Shown here: positions 28,347-38,071 of the stretch, piece after piece
How the letters are laid out: each line of letters starts with the position of its first letter
Position numbering within the stretch: the stretch's first letter is position 1
From: Verrucomicrobiota bacterium
GTDB lineage: Bacteria; Verrucomicrobiota; Verrucomicrobiia; Limisphaerales; JACDHS01
Length of the DNA stretch: 64,000 bases
NCBI GenBank assembly: GCA_013820875.1
Contig: JACDHS010000007.1
Location: forward strand, 6,246-70,245
Direction: 5' to 3'
The notes under the pieces: model-generated
What the model was told of the DNA's origin: nothing
Databases searched by the model: none
What the model saw: only the letters and a program-made list of their open reading frames with translations
Made by a program: the position numbers and the translations under genes

Positions 28347-29304
28347 GAAAAATATGAAAATTCAATTTCTCACCTTGCTTCTTGGCCTGACTTCGCTGCT
28401 GGCTGTCGCTGAAGAAAAGGCAGTTTCGGCAAAAGCGAAAGCCAACTGGAACGTGACCAAACACATTCCCTTCGAACAATTCATCCTGCAAAGCCACCGC
28501 GGGGCTGGAGTGCTTGCGCCGGAGAACACCATCGAAGCATTTGAACTGGGCTGGAAGCTTGGGACCTATCCGGAGGCTGACATTCGCACCACCAAGGATG
28601 GGGTGATCGTCGCGTTTCACGATGCGAACTTTAGTCGTGTCGTCAAAGGAGCCAGCGAGGAATTGAAAAAGAAAGGGGTTCAGGATCTAACTTTCGCCGA
28701 ATTAGGCAAAATCGATGTCGGTTCCTGGCATGGCGACGATTTTGAAGGGCGTCGCGTCTCAAGAATTTCCGAGATATTCGAGCTCATGCGTGGCAAACCG
28801 GACCGCCATCTTTACCTCGACATCAAAAATGTGGACCTGCGCAAGCTTGCCGATGAAGCCAAAGCCGGTGGCGTGGCAAAGCAGGTTATCCTCGCCAGCC
28901 GCCACCCGGAAATCATTCGGGAATGGAAATCGTACCTCCCCGAATCTGACACACTCCTCTGGATGAGCGGCGATGAAAAGACCCGTCGCGAACGGCTCGA
29001 GAAATTGAAGCAGGAAAACTTCGACGGCATCACCCAGGTGCAAATCCACATTCACCTGAACAAAAACAAGAACAGCGCCGATCCGTTCACACCCTCGAAT
29101 GCGTTCATCATCGAAACCGGCGAAGAACTGCGCCGGCGCAACATTCTTTACCAGGCGCTGCCTTATACGGACGACCTGACTGTTTACGCCAAGCTGCTTG
29201 ATCTGGGACTTGGCTCATTTTCCACCGATTATCCCGATGCGACCATGCGCGAGATAAAGGCTTATTACGAAAAACACGGCAGGAAAATGCAGCAGGGAAA
29301 ATAG
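28345..29304 (+). CDS. Secreted glycerophosphodiester phosphodiesterase family protein
   Basis: 319 aa with a signal peptide (MKNMKIQFLTLLLGLTSLLAVA). QSHRGAG.LAPENT..AF and EADIRTTKDGVIVAFHD are GDPD catalytic motifs. Confidence 0.85.
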   Translation: MKNMKIQFLTLLLGLTSLLAVAEEKAVSAKAKANWNVTKHIPFEQFILQSHRGAGVLAPENTIEAFELGWKLGTYPEADIRTTKDGVIVAFHDANFSRVVKGASEELKKKGVQDLTFAELGKIDVGSWHGDDFEGRRVSRISEIFELMRGKPDRHLYLDIKNVDLRKLADEAKAGGVAKQVILASRHPEIIREWKSYLPESDTLLWMSGDEKTRRERLEKLKQENFDGITQVQIHIHLNKNKNSADPFTPSNAFIIETGEELRRRNILYQALPYTDDLTVYAKLLDLGLGSFSTDYPDATMREIKAYYEKHGRKMQQGK

Positions 29305-29350
29305 ATATGAGTTGCACGAATTTTCACAACGCGACAAAGCCGCAATTAGC

Positions 29351-29384
29351 GGAGCGCGGCTGTGTCCGAAGGATCAGCCGCAGC
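29351..29384. repeat. Second copy of the GGAGCGCGGCTGTGTCCGAAGGATCAGCCGCAGC core
   Basis: All 34 nt are identical to the reverse complement of 6395-6428. Flanking similarity (CGCTCGAAC.ATCTCAC) continues to about 29450. Confidence 0.85.
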
Positions 29385-29479
29385 AGCCAGGGATGGAATC
29401 GTAAGCGTACGAATTTCCAGATCGCTCGAACCATCTCACACCGTTTCCGATTTTGTGTTCTTTCGCGGCTAAATAAAAA

Positions 29480-30838
29480 ATGAATTTTCCCACCCGCAAA
29501 TTATCCCTGGCTGAAGCGCTGCAATCCGCTCGTGAAACGCGCGCTTTGGATATCGGAAAAAATATTCTCGGCAACACGCCGGAACTTTTTCGGCAATATT
29601 TTCCCGGCGAAACGGCAGTCATCGTCGCGGATGAACACACCATGCCGATTGCGGGTTCAACTGTGGCAACTGCTTTGCAAAATGCCGGACAAAAATGTGA
29701 AGCGCCGTTTGTCTTCACAGATCCCGATCTTTACGCGGAATACAGTTACGTCACTCAACTGGAAGAGTCGTTGCGCAAACACGATGCGATTCCTATCGCG
29801 ATTGGTTCAGGTGCAATCAATGACATCACCAAACTTGCCGCACACAACCTGGGACGGCCTTACATGTGTGTCGCAACTGCGGCTTCGATGGACGGTTACA
29901 CGGCGTTCGGCGCGTCCATTACATACAAAGGTTCCAAGCAAACGTTCAACTGTCCCGCGCCGGTCGCAGTGCTTGCTGACATCGAAATCATTCGTAACGC
30001 CCCACCGCAAATGACCGCCTCCGGCTATGCGGATCTCCTCGCGAAAATGACGGCCGGTGCGGATTGGATGCTGGCAGAGGCACTGGGCATTGAACCGATT
30101 GATGAACAAGCCTGGAACATCGTGCAAGGGGGATTGCGAGACGCCTTGTCTGATCCTGCTGGTGTTCGCGAACGGGATGAACGCGCCATTGAGCAGTTGA
30201 CGGAAGGATTGATGCTCGGCGGCTTTGCGATGCAATGGGCAAAGTCGAGTCGTCCCGCCAGCGGTGCGGAACATCAGTTCAGTCACCTGTGGGATATGCA
30301 GGACCACACCCACAATGGCTATCCACCTTCGCATGGTTGCAAAGTCGCCATCGGTTCGCTCGCCGTTTCCGCGCTTTACGAACATCTTCTGCAGCTACCG
30401 ATTGAAACTCTCGACGTGGAAAAATGCTGCGCCGCCTGGCCGGAACTCTGTGAACTCGAAAAACGGATTCAGGAAATCTTCGCATCCTACAGTTTCATTG
30501 AGAAAGCCATCGAAGAAACACGCGCCAAATATATTTCGAGAGAAGGACTGCGAACCCAATTGGAACAACTCCGGATCACGTGGCCAAAATTGAAGTGTGA
30601 TTTGCGGACGCAATTGCTTCCGTTCGCTGAGTTGAAACAAATGTTGGCAGCCGCAGGTGCGCCGACGGAACCAGAACAGATCGGTATTTCCCGAGAGCGT
30701 CTCCGCGACAGTTTCGAGCAAGCCTATTACATTCGTCGCCGTTTCACTGTTCTGGATTTCGCGATGAGAGCCAACCTGCTCCCGGACAATTTGGAAGCGT
30801 TGTTCGGCGACGACGGTATCTGGCCAAATGATAAATAA
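29480..30838 (+). CDS. Iron-containing alcohol dehydrogenase superfamily enzyme, sn-glycerol-1-phosphate dehydrogenase (AraM/EgsA)-like
   Basis: 452 aa. GSGAINDITK is the GGGxxxDxxK-type NAD(P) motif. It also has ASMDGY and the predicted metal ligands D...HQFSHLWD...H. It lies between GDPD and glpT. Confidence 0.7.
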   Translation: MNFPTRKLSLAEALQSARETRALDIGKNILGNTPELFRQYFPGETAVIVADEHTMPIAGSTVATALQNAGQKCEAPFVFTDPDLYAEYSYVTQLEESLRKHDAIPIAIGSGAINDITKLAAHNLGRPYMCVATAASMDGYTAFGASITYKGSKQTFNCPAPVAVLADIEIIRNAPPQMTASGYADLLAKMTAGADWMLAEALGIEPIDEQAWNIVQGGLRDALSDPAGVRERDERAIEQLTEGLMLGGFAMQWAKSSRPASGAEHQFSHLWDMQDHTHNGYPPSHGCKVAIGSLAVSALYEHLLQLPIETLDVEKCCAAWPELCELEKRIQEIFASYSFIEKAIEETRAKYISREGLRTQLEQLRITWPKLKCDLRTQLLPFAELKQMLAAAGAPTEPEQIGISRERLRDSFEQAYYIRRRFTVLDFAMRANLLPDNLEALFGDDGIWPNDK

Positions 30839-30843
30839 AAATT

Positions 30844-31242
30844 ATGGAACCTCGCATTAGCTTCATCACGCTAGGCGTTTCTGATTTGAAACGTGCCACT
30901 GCTTTTTATGCCGACGTCCTGCACCTGCCGGTTAAGCAGGAGTTGGCAGACGTCGTTTTTTTTGAAATGGGTAAAACCTGGCTCGCCCTCTACCCACGCG
31001 AGTTGCTCGCGGCGGATGCGGGCGTCCCCTCCGCTGGCTCGGGCTTCCCGGGTTTCGCGCTCGCCCATAATGTCAGCACCGAACAAGGCGTGGATGAACT
31101 ACTTCATGAAGTGGAGGCAGGCGGCGGCCGTATTGTGAAACCGGCAAAGAAAGCAGATTGGGGTGGGCGCTCCGGTTACTTCGCTGATCCGGATGGCTTC
31201 CTCTGGGAAGTCGCCTGGAATCCCAACTTCCCACACGCCTAA
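30844..31242 (+). CDS. VOC (glyoxalase/bleomycin-resistance/dioxygenase) family protein
   Basis: 132 aa. The N-terminus is ISFITLGVSDLKRATAFYADVL and the C-terminus is GYFADPDGFLWEVAWNP. Confidence 0.85.
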   Translation: MEPRISFITLGVSDLKRATAFYADVLHLPVKQELADVVFFEMGKTWLALYPRELLAADAGVPSAGSGFPGFALAHNVSTEQGVDELLHEVEAGGGRIVKPAKKADWGGRSGYFADPDGFLWEVAWNPNFPHA

Positions 31243-31246
31243 AGTA

Positions 31247-32611
31247 ATGCTGCAAACGCCACAAACGGAACAGCCGGCCAGCCATGCAAGCAAAAGCGGT
31301 TGGCTAAATATTTTTAAACCCGCACCCGCCGCACCGCCAATCGTCGCGAGCGATGCAGAATTGAAAGCGCATTTCCGCTACTGGCAGAACCGCGTTCTCG
31401 TTACTTCGCTGATTGGCTACGCACTGTTTTATTTCGTGCGCAAGAATCTCAGCATGGCGATGCCGTTGATGGAAAAGGACCTCGGGATCAGCAAATCCGA
31501 TCTCGGACTGTTTCTCACTTTGCACGGACTGCTCTACGGCGTTTCCAAGTTCGTCAACGGTTACCTGGGAGACCGCTCGAATGCCCGCACCTTCATGGTG
31601 TTTGGGCTGGTCCTCTCCGCCTTGTGCAACGTTGCTTTCGGCTTTAGCTCCGCCGTCTTTGCCTTCGGCATTTTTTGGATGTTAAACGGTTGGTTCCAGG
31701 GAATGGGATTCCCGCCGTGTGCCCGGTTAATGACCCACTGGTTTCCGCCGAAAGAACTCGCAACAAAAATGTCTATCTGGAACACATCACACTCGATCGG
31801 CGCCGGGTTGGTGCTTGTGCTCTGCGGTTACCTGGTCGCCTTCGGTTGGCGCTGGTGCTTGTTCGGGCCAGCGATCATTGCCTTTGTGGGTGCAATATTT
31901 CTCTGGTTCACCTTACGCGACACCCCGCGCTCCGTTGGCTTGCCTGAGTTGACCGAAACTGAATCAAGCCAAAGCGCCACCGAAAGTTCAGCAGAATTCA
32001 AAGCATTCGTCCGCAAACAGGTTTTCGGAAATCCCTACATCTGGCTGCTCGCCATCGCCAATTTCTTCGTTTACACGATGCGTTACGCCATTCTCGATTG
32101 GGGTCCGACGTTGCTCGGTGAATGGAAAGGTGTTTCGATTCAACACGCCGGATGGATGGTCGCGGCGTTTGAAGTTTCCGGTGTCGCCGGCATGTTGGTG
32201 GCTGGATGGCTCACCGATAAAGTATTCGGCGGACGCGGTGCCCGCATGTGTGTCATTTGTATGATCATGGCTACCCTCTCGCTGTTCCTTTTCTGGCAGT
32301 GGCCGAGCAACCATTGGCTTCTGAACACCACGCTACTCGGTGCGGCGGGATTCTTTATCTATGGACCGCAGGCGCTCGTCGGAATTGCGGTCGCCAACCT
32401 CGCTACCAAGAAGGCTGCAGCAACCGCTGTCGGTTTCACCGGACTGTTCGGTTACGCCAGCACGATCCTCTCGGGCGTCGGCCTCGGTGCACTCGTCGAG
32501 AGAAGCGGCTGGGACGCTGGCTTCCTTGGCATCATGTGCATTGCTGTGATTGGAACAGCTTTGTTTGCCCTCGCCTGGCGTGCGAAGGCACATGGTTATT
32601 CGGCGCATTAA
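31247..32611 (+). CDS. glpT: MFS organophosphate:Pi antiporter, glycerol-3-phosphate transporter
   Basis: ATG at 31247, 5 nt after the VOC stop. IFKPAP...YFVRKNLSMAMP, GDRSNAR and NGWFQGMGFPPCARLMTHWF align closely with E. coli GlpT as I recall it. The track start at 31163 would overlap the VOC gene. Confidence 0.85.
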   Translation: MLQTPQTEQPASHASKSGWLNIFKPAPAAPPIVASDAELKAHFRYWQNRVLVTSLIGYALFYFVRKNLSMAMPLMEKDLGISKSDLGLFLTLHGLLYGVSKFVNGYLGDRSNARTFMVFGLVLSALCNVAFGFSSAVFAFGIFWMLNGWFQGMGFPPCARLMTHWFPPKELATKMSIWNTSHSIGAGLVLVLCGYLVAFGWRWCLFGPAIIAFVGAIFLWFTLRDTPRSVGLPELTETESSQSATESSAEFKAFVRKQVFGNPYIWLLAIANFFVYTMRYAILDWGPTLLGEWKGVSIQHAGWMVAAFEVSGVAGMLVAGWLTDKVFGGRGARMCVICMIMATLSLFLFWQWPSNHWLLNTTLLGAAGFFIYGPQALVGIAVANLATKKAAATAVGFTGLFGYASTILSGVGLGALVERSGWDAGFLGIMCIAVIGTALFALAWRAKAHGYSAH

Positions 32612-32618
32612 AACCTGT

Positions 32619-32758
32619 CTGAAATGGGTGGACGGGCTCCTAGCCCGTTGTCGGTGGCGACCCTGCCACCGACTCTTCGGCTGTTCAACACGCACCAATC
32701 CTGTATTACTCTCTCTGACCTCGGCAGCTATAGAGTAGCCCGTTCCACCCATTTTCAG
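32619..32758. repeat. 140-bp palindromic (REP/MITE-like) element
   Basis: CTGAAATGGGTGGACGGGCT (32619-32638) faces AGCCCGTTCCACCCATTTTCAG (32737-32758). There is an internal hairpin GTCGGTGGC-gaccct-GCCACCGAC. Confidence 0.75.
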
Positions 32759-32855
32759 TCAGGCTCTTAACAATGGCCGGGAAATAGCTTGCCCAAGTAG
32801 CGTTTGCCTTTCCAACATCGCAGACTCGGAAGAGCAGTCGCTGCTTTCCGCAAAT

Positions 32856-33779
32856 ATGTTTTCCACCATTCGCAAATGGGCTGAGTTCGTAAAACTGTCA
32901 CACACAGTGTTTGCGCTGCCGTTTGCATTGGCGGCGATGGTCGTGGCAGCGCGCGATACTCGGGGCTGGCCAGGGTGGCGAACGTTTGGGCTTATCCTGA
33001 TCGCAATGGTTTGTGCGCGCACTTGCGCCATGGCGTTCAACCGGATTGTGGATCGAAAATTCGACGCGGCAAATCCGCGGACTGCGATGCGTCACTTGCC
33101 AGCAGGCCAGATTTCATTGGCGAGCGCGTGGACACTTTGTTTGCTCAGTGCAGGCGGGTTGATTGCGGCGGCGTATCTTCTGAATCCGATCTGCTTTTAC
33201 CTGTCACCGGTGGCGCTCTTCTTCGTTTGCTTCTATTCGTTGACCAAACGTTTCACCGATTTCACACATGTCTTCCTCGGCATTGCGCTGGCGCTCGCAC
33301 CGATCGGGGCCTGGCTGGCGGTGCAGGGTGAGATTAACTTTTTTCCGAGAGTGGATGGCGTGCTTTCCTTGAAACACAGTTTCTTTTTGCCACTTCTCCT
33401 GGCTTTGGCCGTTGTGTTCTGGCTGATCGGCTTCGATATCATCTACGCAATCCAGGATTACGAATTCGATAAATCGCATGGGTTGCACTCACTCGTAGTG
33501 CGCTGGGGTGTCAGCAATGCGCTCGCTTCCGCCTTCCTTTCCCACATGCTGATGGTGATGGTGCTGGTTGTCTTCGGTCTGCTCAGCCGGTTCAAATTCG
33601 CATTTCTTATTGGAATAGCCATCATCGCTCTCTTGCTACTCATCGAACATTTCCTCGCGCGTCGCCGCAGTTTGAACTGGGTGCAAAATGCATTCTTCCG
33701 ATTGAACGCTCTTGTCAGCGCACTCTTTCTCCTCGTGACCGCGATCGAAGTGGTGTTCCCGTTTTTCCGGATCAAGTAA
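32856..33779 (+). CDS. UbiA-family aromatic prenyltransferase (4-hydroxybenzoate polyprenyltransferase-related; plausibly the futalosine-pathway MqnP)
   Basis: 307 aa and polytopic. NRIVDRKFDAANPRT is the first Asp-rich motif (NxxxDxxxD), and YAIQDYEFD is the second. Confidence 0.8.
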   Translation: MFSTIRKWAEFVKLSHTVFALPFALAAMVVAARDTRGWPGWRTFGLILIAMVCARTCAMAFNRIVDRKFDAANPRTAMRHLPAGQISLASAWTLCLLSAGGLIAAAYLLNPICFYLSPVALFFVCFYSLTKRFTDFTHVFLGIALALAPIGAWLAVQGEINFFPRVDGVLSLKHSFFLPLLLALAVVFWLIGFDIIYAIQDYEFDKSHGLHSLVVRWGVSNALASAFLSHMLMVMVLVVFGLLSRFKFAFLIGIAIIALLLLIEHFLARRRSLNWVQNAFFRLNALVSALFLLVTAIEVVFPFFRIK

Positions 33780-34278
33780 TCTCGCCCGGCAGTTTCTGCC
33801 CGGCCAATCTGTCCAGCGCATCAGCGCTCATCCGTTGCGCCGTCCATTCACTCATCGGCACCGCGCCGAGTGAACGATAAAACTCCAGCGACGGCTCATT
33901 CCAATCCAGCACCGACCATTCGAACCGACCGCAATCCCGTTCCTTCGCCAGTCGCGCGATGTGGATCATAAGTGCTTTGCCATAACCACGTCCGCGAAAC
34001 TCGGGGCGAACGAAAACATCCTCCAGGTAAATCCCCGGTTTGCCGAGGAAGCTGGAAAAATTATAGAAGAACAACGCAAACCCGACGTAAACGTCCCTTT
34101 CACTGGCGAGAAGAACTTCCGCGCCCCTGCGCTCTGCGAAGAGATTGCGTCGTAGAATATCTTCAGTTGCGGTGACTTCGTGGGGCAGTTTCTCATAGTC
34201 CGCGAGGTCTTTGATGAAACTAAGAATCAGCGGAACATCATCCGGTGTGGCAGTGCGTATGGAAAATAGATTTGGCAT
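33772..34278 (-). CDS. GNAT family N-acetyltransferase
   Basis: The internal ATG at 34278 gives MPNLFSIRTATPDDVPLILSFI. VRPEFRGRGYGKALM is the acetyl-CoA-binding motif A. Confidence 0.8.
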   Translation of the reverse strand: MPNLFSIRTATPDDVPLILSFIKDLADYEKLPHEVTATEDILRRNLFAERRGAEVLLASERDVYVGFALFFYNFSSFLGKPGIYLEDVFVRPEFRGRGYGKALMIHIARLAKERDCGRFEWSVLDWNEPSLEFYRSLGAVPMSEWTAQRMSADALDRLAGQKLPGEIT

Positions 34279-34312
34279 ACTTTTAAATCGAACCAACCAA
34301 AACCTCCTCTCG

Positions 34313-35314
34313 TCACGGCAAATCAATCATGATCTCCCGCTGGGGGGCGCCGCCGGGGAAGTTGGCCCAGAAGATTTCACGGAATCCTGGTGGGTTGTAT
34401 TCCCAATGCCACGGTTCGTTCTGGTAGGGATACCAGCCGAATTCATCGGCGCGCAGAACCAGCCACTTATGCACGGGCGATTCGCGCATGTGTACCATTG
34501 CTGGCATGGAACCCGTGGAGCCTTCTTTGGTCTGGAAATCATTGCGATGACTCATCTTGAAGTCGATGGCGAGGCCGAGCGAATGTGAGGAGAAACTCGC
34601 GACGGCGTTCGGATTGCCCGCCCGTGCCGCGTTCCTGGCTGCCGTTTCCGGATAGCGGTGCGCTGAATTGATAATCAAGTCCACGCCGTCAAGCTTCGCC
34701 GCCTCGCGCATGCGGACGAATGATTCCAATGCATGAGGGTTGAGCTTCCAGCGTTCCTGGCCGGGCACAGGCGTCCATTTGTTGGTGATAAGACCCCAAA
34801 CCGCATCATTTACCTCGGCTCTGAGGACAACCGCATTGCGTGTACTGTTGGCACGTCGCTCGGGCAGAACCAGATCGAGGGTATCAACCATCACGTCAGC
34901 AAACGATTCATTGGGGCCTTTAGCGCCACCGGGGAAATCGGCCTCATGCCAGGCGAAGCTACGGAAATGGTGGCTTAGTTCCGGACCGAGAATGTCGAGT
35001 CCGGAGGTGTTCGGATCATGAATGAATTTCAGCTCGATGGCACGGAGCAATGCGAGCCTGGATTTGCGGTTGTCTTTGGCCAATGCCCGTTTGAAAGCGG
35101 CGTTAATGGTAGCGTCCTGCTCACGGTCTTTGAGCGTTGCCCAGATGTAATTCGGGTGGAGGCGAGTGGTGCGATCTTCGGCAAGTTGCGCCGTCGCTTC
35201 GATTAAGCCCATGGCAGACGGTGTCTTCGTTGCATTATGCCGCGAAGTCGCGCAACCGCTAAAAACCATCACGCAGCCTAGGAACAAAGGCAGGAGCCGG
35301 ACGAGTGTTTTCAT
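34313..35314 (-). CDS. Peptidase M15 (VanY/D-Ala-D-Ala carboxypeptidase-like) lipoprotein
   Basis: ATG at 35314 gives MKTLVRLLPLFLGCVMVFSGC (lipobox). SAHRYPE, SSHSLGLAIDF and EPWHWEY form the H..D..H zinc motif set of M15. Confidence 0.75.
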   Translation of the reverse strand: MKTLVRLLPLFLGCVMVFSGCATSRHNATKTPSAMGLIEATAQLAEDRTTRLHPNYIWATLKDREQDATINAAFKRALAKDNRKSRLALLRAIELKFIHDPNTSGLDILGPELSHHFRSFAWHEADFPGGAKGPNESFADVMVDTLDLVLPERRANSTRNAVVLRAEVNDAVWGLITNKWTPVPGQERWKLNPHALESFVRMREAAKLDGVDLIINSAHRYPETAARNAARAGNPNAVASFSSHSLGLAIDFKMSHRNDFQTKEGSTGSMPAMVHMRESPVHKWLVLRADEFGWYPYQNEPWHWEYNPPGFREIFWANFPGGAPQREIMIDLP

Positions 35315-35458
35315 CGGGTGATACTCACAAGGACAGTTCTGGGCGTCAACTGGAGAGCGTATCCACTGATCGGACGGGCGATTCCTGCGATTTTTCAGTG
35401 GAATTGACGTAGGCGGGTGCAAATTGACCGGCCCCGGTGGACGTTCGCTGAGGTCCAA

Positions 35459-35800
35459 AAACACGTATTTTTCCTGTTTTGTGAGTCACGGAGGTCGTGA
35501 AAAACGTATTTCGCGTGTTTTGTGAGTCACAGAAGTCGTAAAAAATATATTTCACGTGTTTTGTGAGTCACGGAAGTGGTGAAAAATATATTTCGCGTGA
35601 TTTGTGAGTCACGGAAGTGGCGAAAAATATATTTCACGTGATTTGTGAGTCGCGGAAGTGGTGAAAAATATATTTCACGTGATTTGTGAGTCACGGAAGT
35701 GGTGAAAAATATATTTCACGTGATTTGTGAGTCACGGAAGTGGTGAAAAATATATTTCACGTGATTTGTGAGTCACAAATGTCGTGAGAAACGTATTGGT
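35459..35800. repeat. Tandem array A2: 41-bp unit, about 8 copies
   Basis: GTGAGTC recurs at 35481, 35522, 35563, 35604, 35645, 35686, 35727 and 35768, exactly 41 bp apart. The consensus is GTGAGTCACGGAAGTGGTGAAAAATATATTTCACGTGATTT. Central copies are near identical and edge copies are degenerate. Confidence 0.95.
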
Positions 35801-36088
35801 GGGTTGGTGTAAATCGTTGGTAGGGAATGGGATGTTGATGAGGATAAGGTTCCTCGCCCTTTCCAGAAGCGCTTTTTATGAACTTCAACCCGCGCTGTTC
35901 CGACGAGAAGCCTGTTTGGTCCCACCGATTGTTCGAAGAGGCTTCGGCCAGTTTCCGAATCTTCGCACTTCGGTTTGTGGGCCAATTCGTGTCAAACTTC
36001 GAAACGGCAGAAACCCTCATCCATAAGTTCACAAAATCTTTTCTTCCCTTTTGGGTGTGGCTTTTTAGAGTTTGCCACTTGTTTATAT

Positions 36089-37948
36089 ATGAACGCCACT
36101 GCTGAAAACATTGAAGTCTCGCCTGAAACGTTGTCCCAGGTTGCAAATCAACTCCGGATCCACTCCATTGCCGCCACGACCGCTTCAGGCAGCGGACACC
36201 CCACTTCCTGCGCCTCTGCCGCCGATCTGGTGGCTGCCCTTTTCTTCGGGCACATGCGCTACGACCCGAAAACTCCGCGCTATTACAATAACGACCGTTT
36301 CATTCTTTCCAAAGGTCACGCGGCACCGTTGCTTTACGCTGCATGGGCCGAAACCGGTTTGTTTCCGACGTCCGAACTGTTGAAACTTCGGGAATGGGGC
36401 CACGATCTCGAAGGTCATCCCACACCGCGTCTGCCATTCGTTGATGTCGCCAGCGGATCGCTCGGACAAGGCCTCAGTGTCGGCGTTGGCATGGCATTGA
36501 GTGCGCGCCAGGATAAACTCGATTTTCGCACCTACGTTTTGCTCGGCGACGGCGAATGCGCCGAAGGTTCTGTCTGGGAAGCCGCCCTGCTCGGTGGACA
36601 CTACAAATTAAACAATCTCGTCGCCCTGGTTGACGTCAATCGCCTCGGTCAAAGCCAGGCAACTTCTGTCGGTCACAATGTCGAAGTTTACGCGAAACGT
36701 TTCGAAGCATTCGGCTGGCGCACGGAAATCATTGACGGCCACGACATGGAAGAAATCCTCGAAGTGCTCGCCGCCGCCGGTCTGGGGGATCAACCGCTCG
36801 CCATCATTGCCAAAACCTACAAAGGCCATGGCATCGAAACGATCAGCGACAAAGATGCATGGCACGGCAAAGCGCTTTCCAAGGATGAAGCCCAGGTCGC
36901 CATCGCCGCTCTGCAACCGAAAGCTCGCGGTGGCGAAGGGATCGAGATTCCCAAGCCACACCAATTGCCTGAGCCAAACGTTGTCGGTCCCGCCAGCTAT
37001 CCCGCGATTAATTACAACATGGGCGATAAGATCGCCACGCGTGAAGCCTACGGTGCTGCCCTCGTCCGAGTGGGCGAAGCCGATCCGCGCATCGTCGCGA
37101 TGGATGGTGATACAAAGAATTCCACGTTTGCCGAAAAGTTTGCGAAGAAATTCCCCGAGCGGTTCACGGAATGTTTCATTGCCGAACAAAACATGGTCGG
37201 TGTCGCTGTTGGATTCAGTGCGCTGCGCAAAGTGCCGTTCGCTTCAACATTCGCCGCGTTCTTCACCCGTGCGCATGACCAGATCCGCATGGCTGGCATC
37301 TCCCTCGCAAATCTCAATCTCGTCGGCTCGCACGTCGGCGTCAGCATCGGCGAAGATGGCGCTTCCCAGATGGCGCTCGAAGATCTCGGCATGATGCGCG
37401 CCATTCCGGACAGCGTCGTGCTCTATCCGTCCGATGCCGTTTCCACCGAGAAGTTGGTGGAACTCATGATCGGCCACAAAGGGATCTGCTACCTGCGCAC
37501 CTCCCGCCCGAAGACACCCGTCATCTACAAGAACGACGAACAATTCCCAATCGGCGGCGCGAAAGTTTTGAAGCAGGCCGACGGTGATAAAGTCACCATC
37601 GTCACCGCTGGCGTCACCCTGTTCGAAGCGTTGAAAGCGGCCGATGCACTCGCCAAGGATGGCATTGGAGTGACGGTGATTGACGCCTACAGCATCAAGC
37701 CGCTCGCCAAAGATCTGATCAAGGCTGCCGCCCAGAAGACGAACAACGTCATCCTGACCGTTGAAGATCATTATCCAGAAGGCGGCATCGGTGACACCGT
37801 CGCTGGCGAACTCAGCGCCGACGGCATCAAAGTGCATAAGATGGCGGTCCTCGAGTTGCCTCGTTCCGGAAAACCGGAAGAGTTGCTCGGCAAATTCGGC
37901 ATCGACTTCGAAGCCATCATCAAGAAAGTCAAAACTCTGGCGTCGTAA
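36089..37948 (+). CDS. tkt: Transketolase
   Basis: ATG at 36089 gives 619 aa. It contains SGSGHPTSCASAADL, ILSKGHAAP.LY, the TPP motif GDGECAEGSVWEA, and the pyrimidine-binding and C-terminal domains. The track start at 35975 only adds low-complexity sequence. Confidence 0.9.
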   Translation: MNATAENIEVSPETLSQVANQLRIHSIAATTASGSGHPTSCASAADLVAALFFGHMRYDPKTPRYYNNDRFILSKGHAAPLLYAAWAETGLFPTSELLKLREWGHDLEGHPTPRLPFVDVASGSLGQGLSVGVGMALSARQDKLDFRTYVLLGDGECAEGSVWEAALLGGHYKLNNLVALVDVNRLGQSQATSVGHNVEVYAKRFEAFGWRTEIIDGHDMEEILEVLAAAGLGDQPLAIIAKTYKGHGIETISDKDAWHGKALSKDEAQVAIAALQPKARGGEGIEIPKPHQLPEPNVVGPASYPAINYNMGDKIATREAYGAALVRVGEADPRIVAMDGDTKNSTFAEKFAKKFPERFTECFIAEQNMVGVAVGFSALRKVPFASTFAAFFTRAHDQIRMAGISLANLNLVGSHVGVSIGEDGASQMALEDLGMMRAIPDSVVLYPSDAVSTEKLVELMIGHKGICYLRTSRPKTPVIYKNDEQFPIGGAKVLKQADGDKVTIVTAGVTLFEALKAADALAKDGIGVTVIDAYSIKPLAKDLIKAAAQKTNNVILTVEDHYPEGGIGDTVAGELSADGIKVHKMAVLELPRSGKPEELLGKFGIDFEAIIKKVKTLAS

Positions 37949-37980
37949 GATCCTGGAGAAGAACTCACCTTTACACTCCA

Positions 37981-38017
37981 AAAGCGGCGGTTTTCGAACT
38001 GCCGCTTTTTTCTTTTT
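37981..38017. terminator. Bidirectional rho-independent terminator between tkt and the lplA-like gene
   Basis: AAAGCGGCGG-ttttcgaa-CTGCCGCTTT is followed by TTTCTTTTTC. Confidence 0.7.
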
Positions 38018-38071
38018 CATGCGCAACGCCAGTAAACTAAATGACTGTGGGCCCACGCCCAAGGTGCCGCG

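Noticed and set aside
31163-31246. Upstream extension of glpT overlapping the VOC gene
   Set aside because: The extension (MGAPVTSLIRMASSGKSPGIPTSHTPKV) is translated from the 3' end of the VOC gene in another frame. The ATG at 31247 gives an N-terminus collinear with GlpT.
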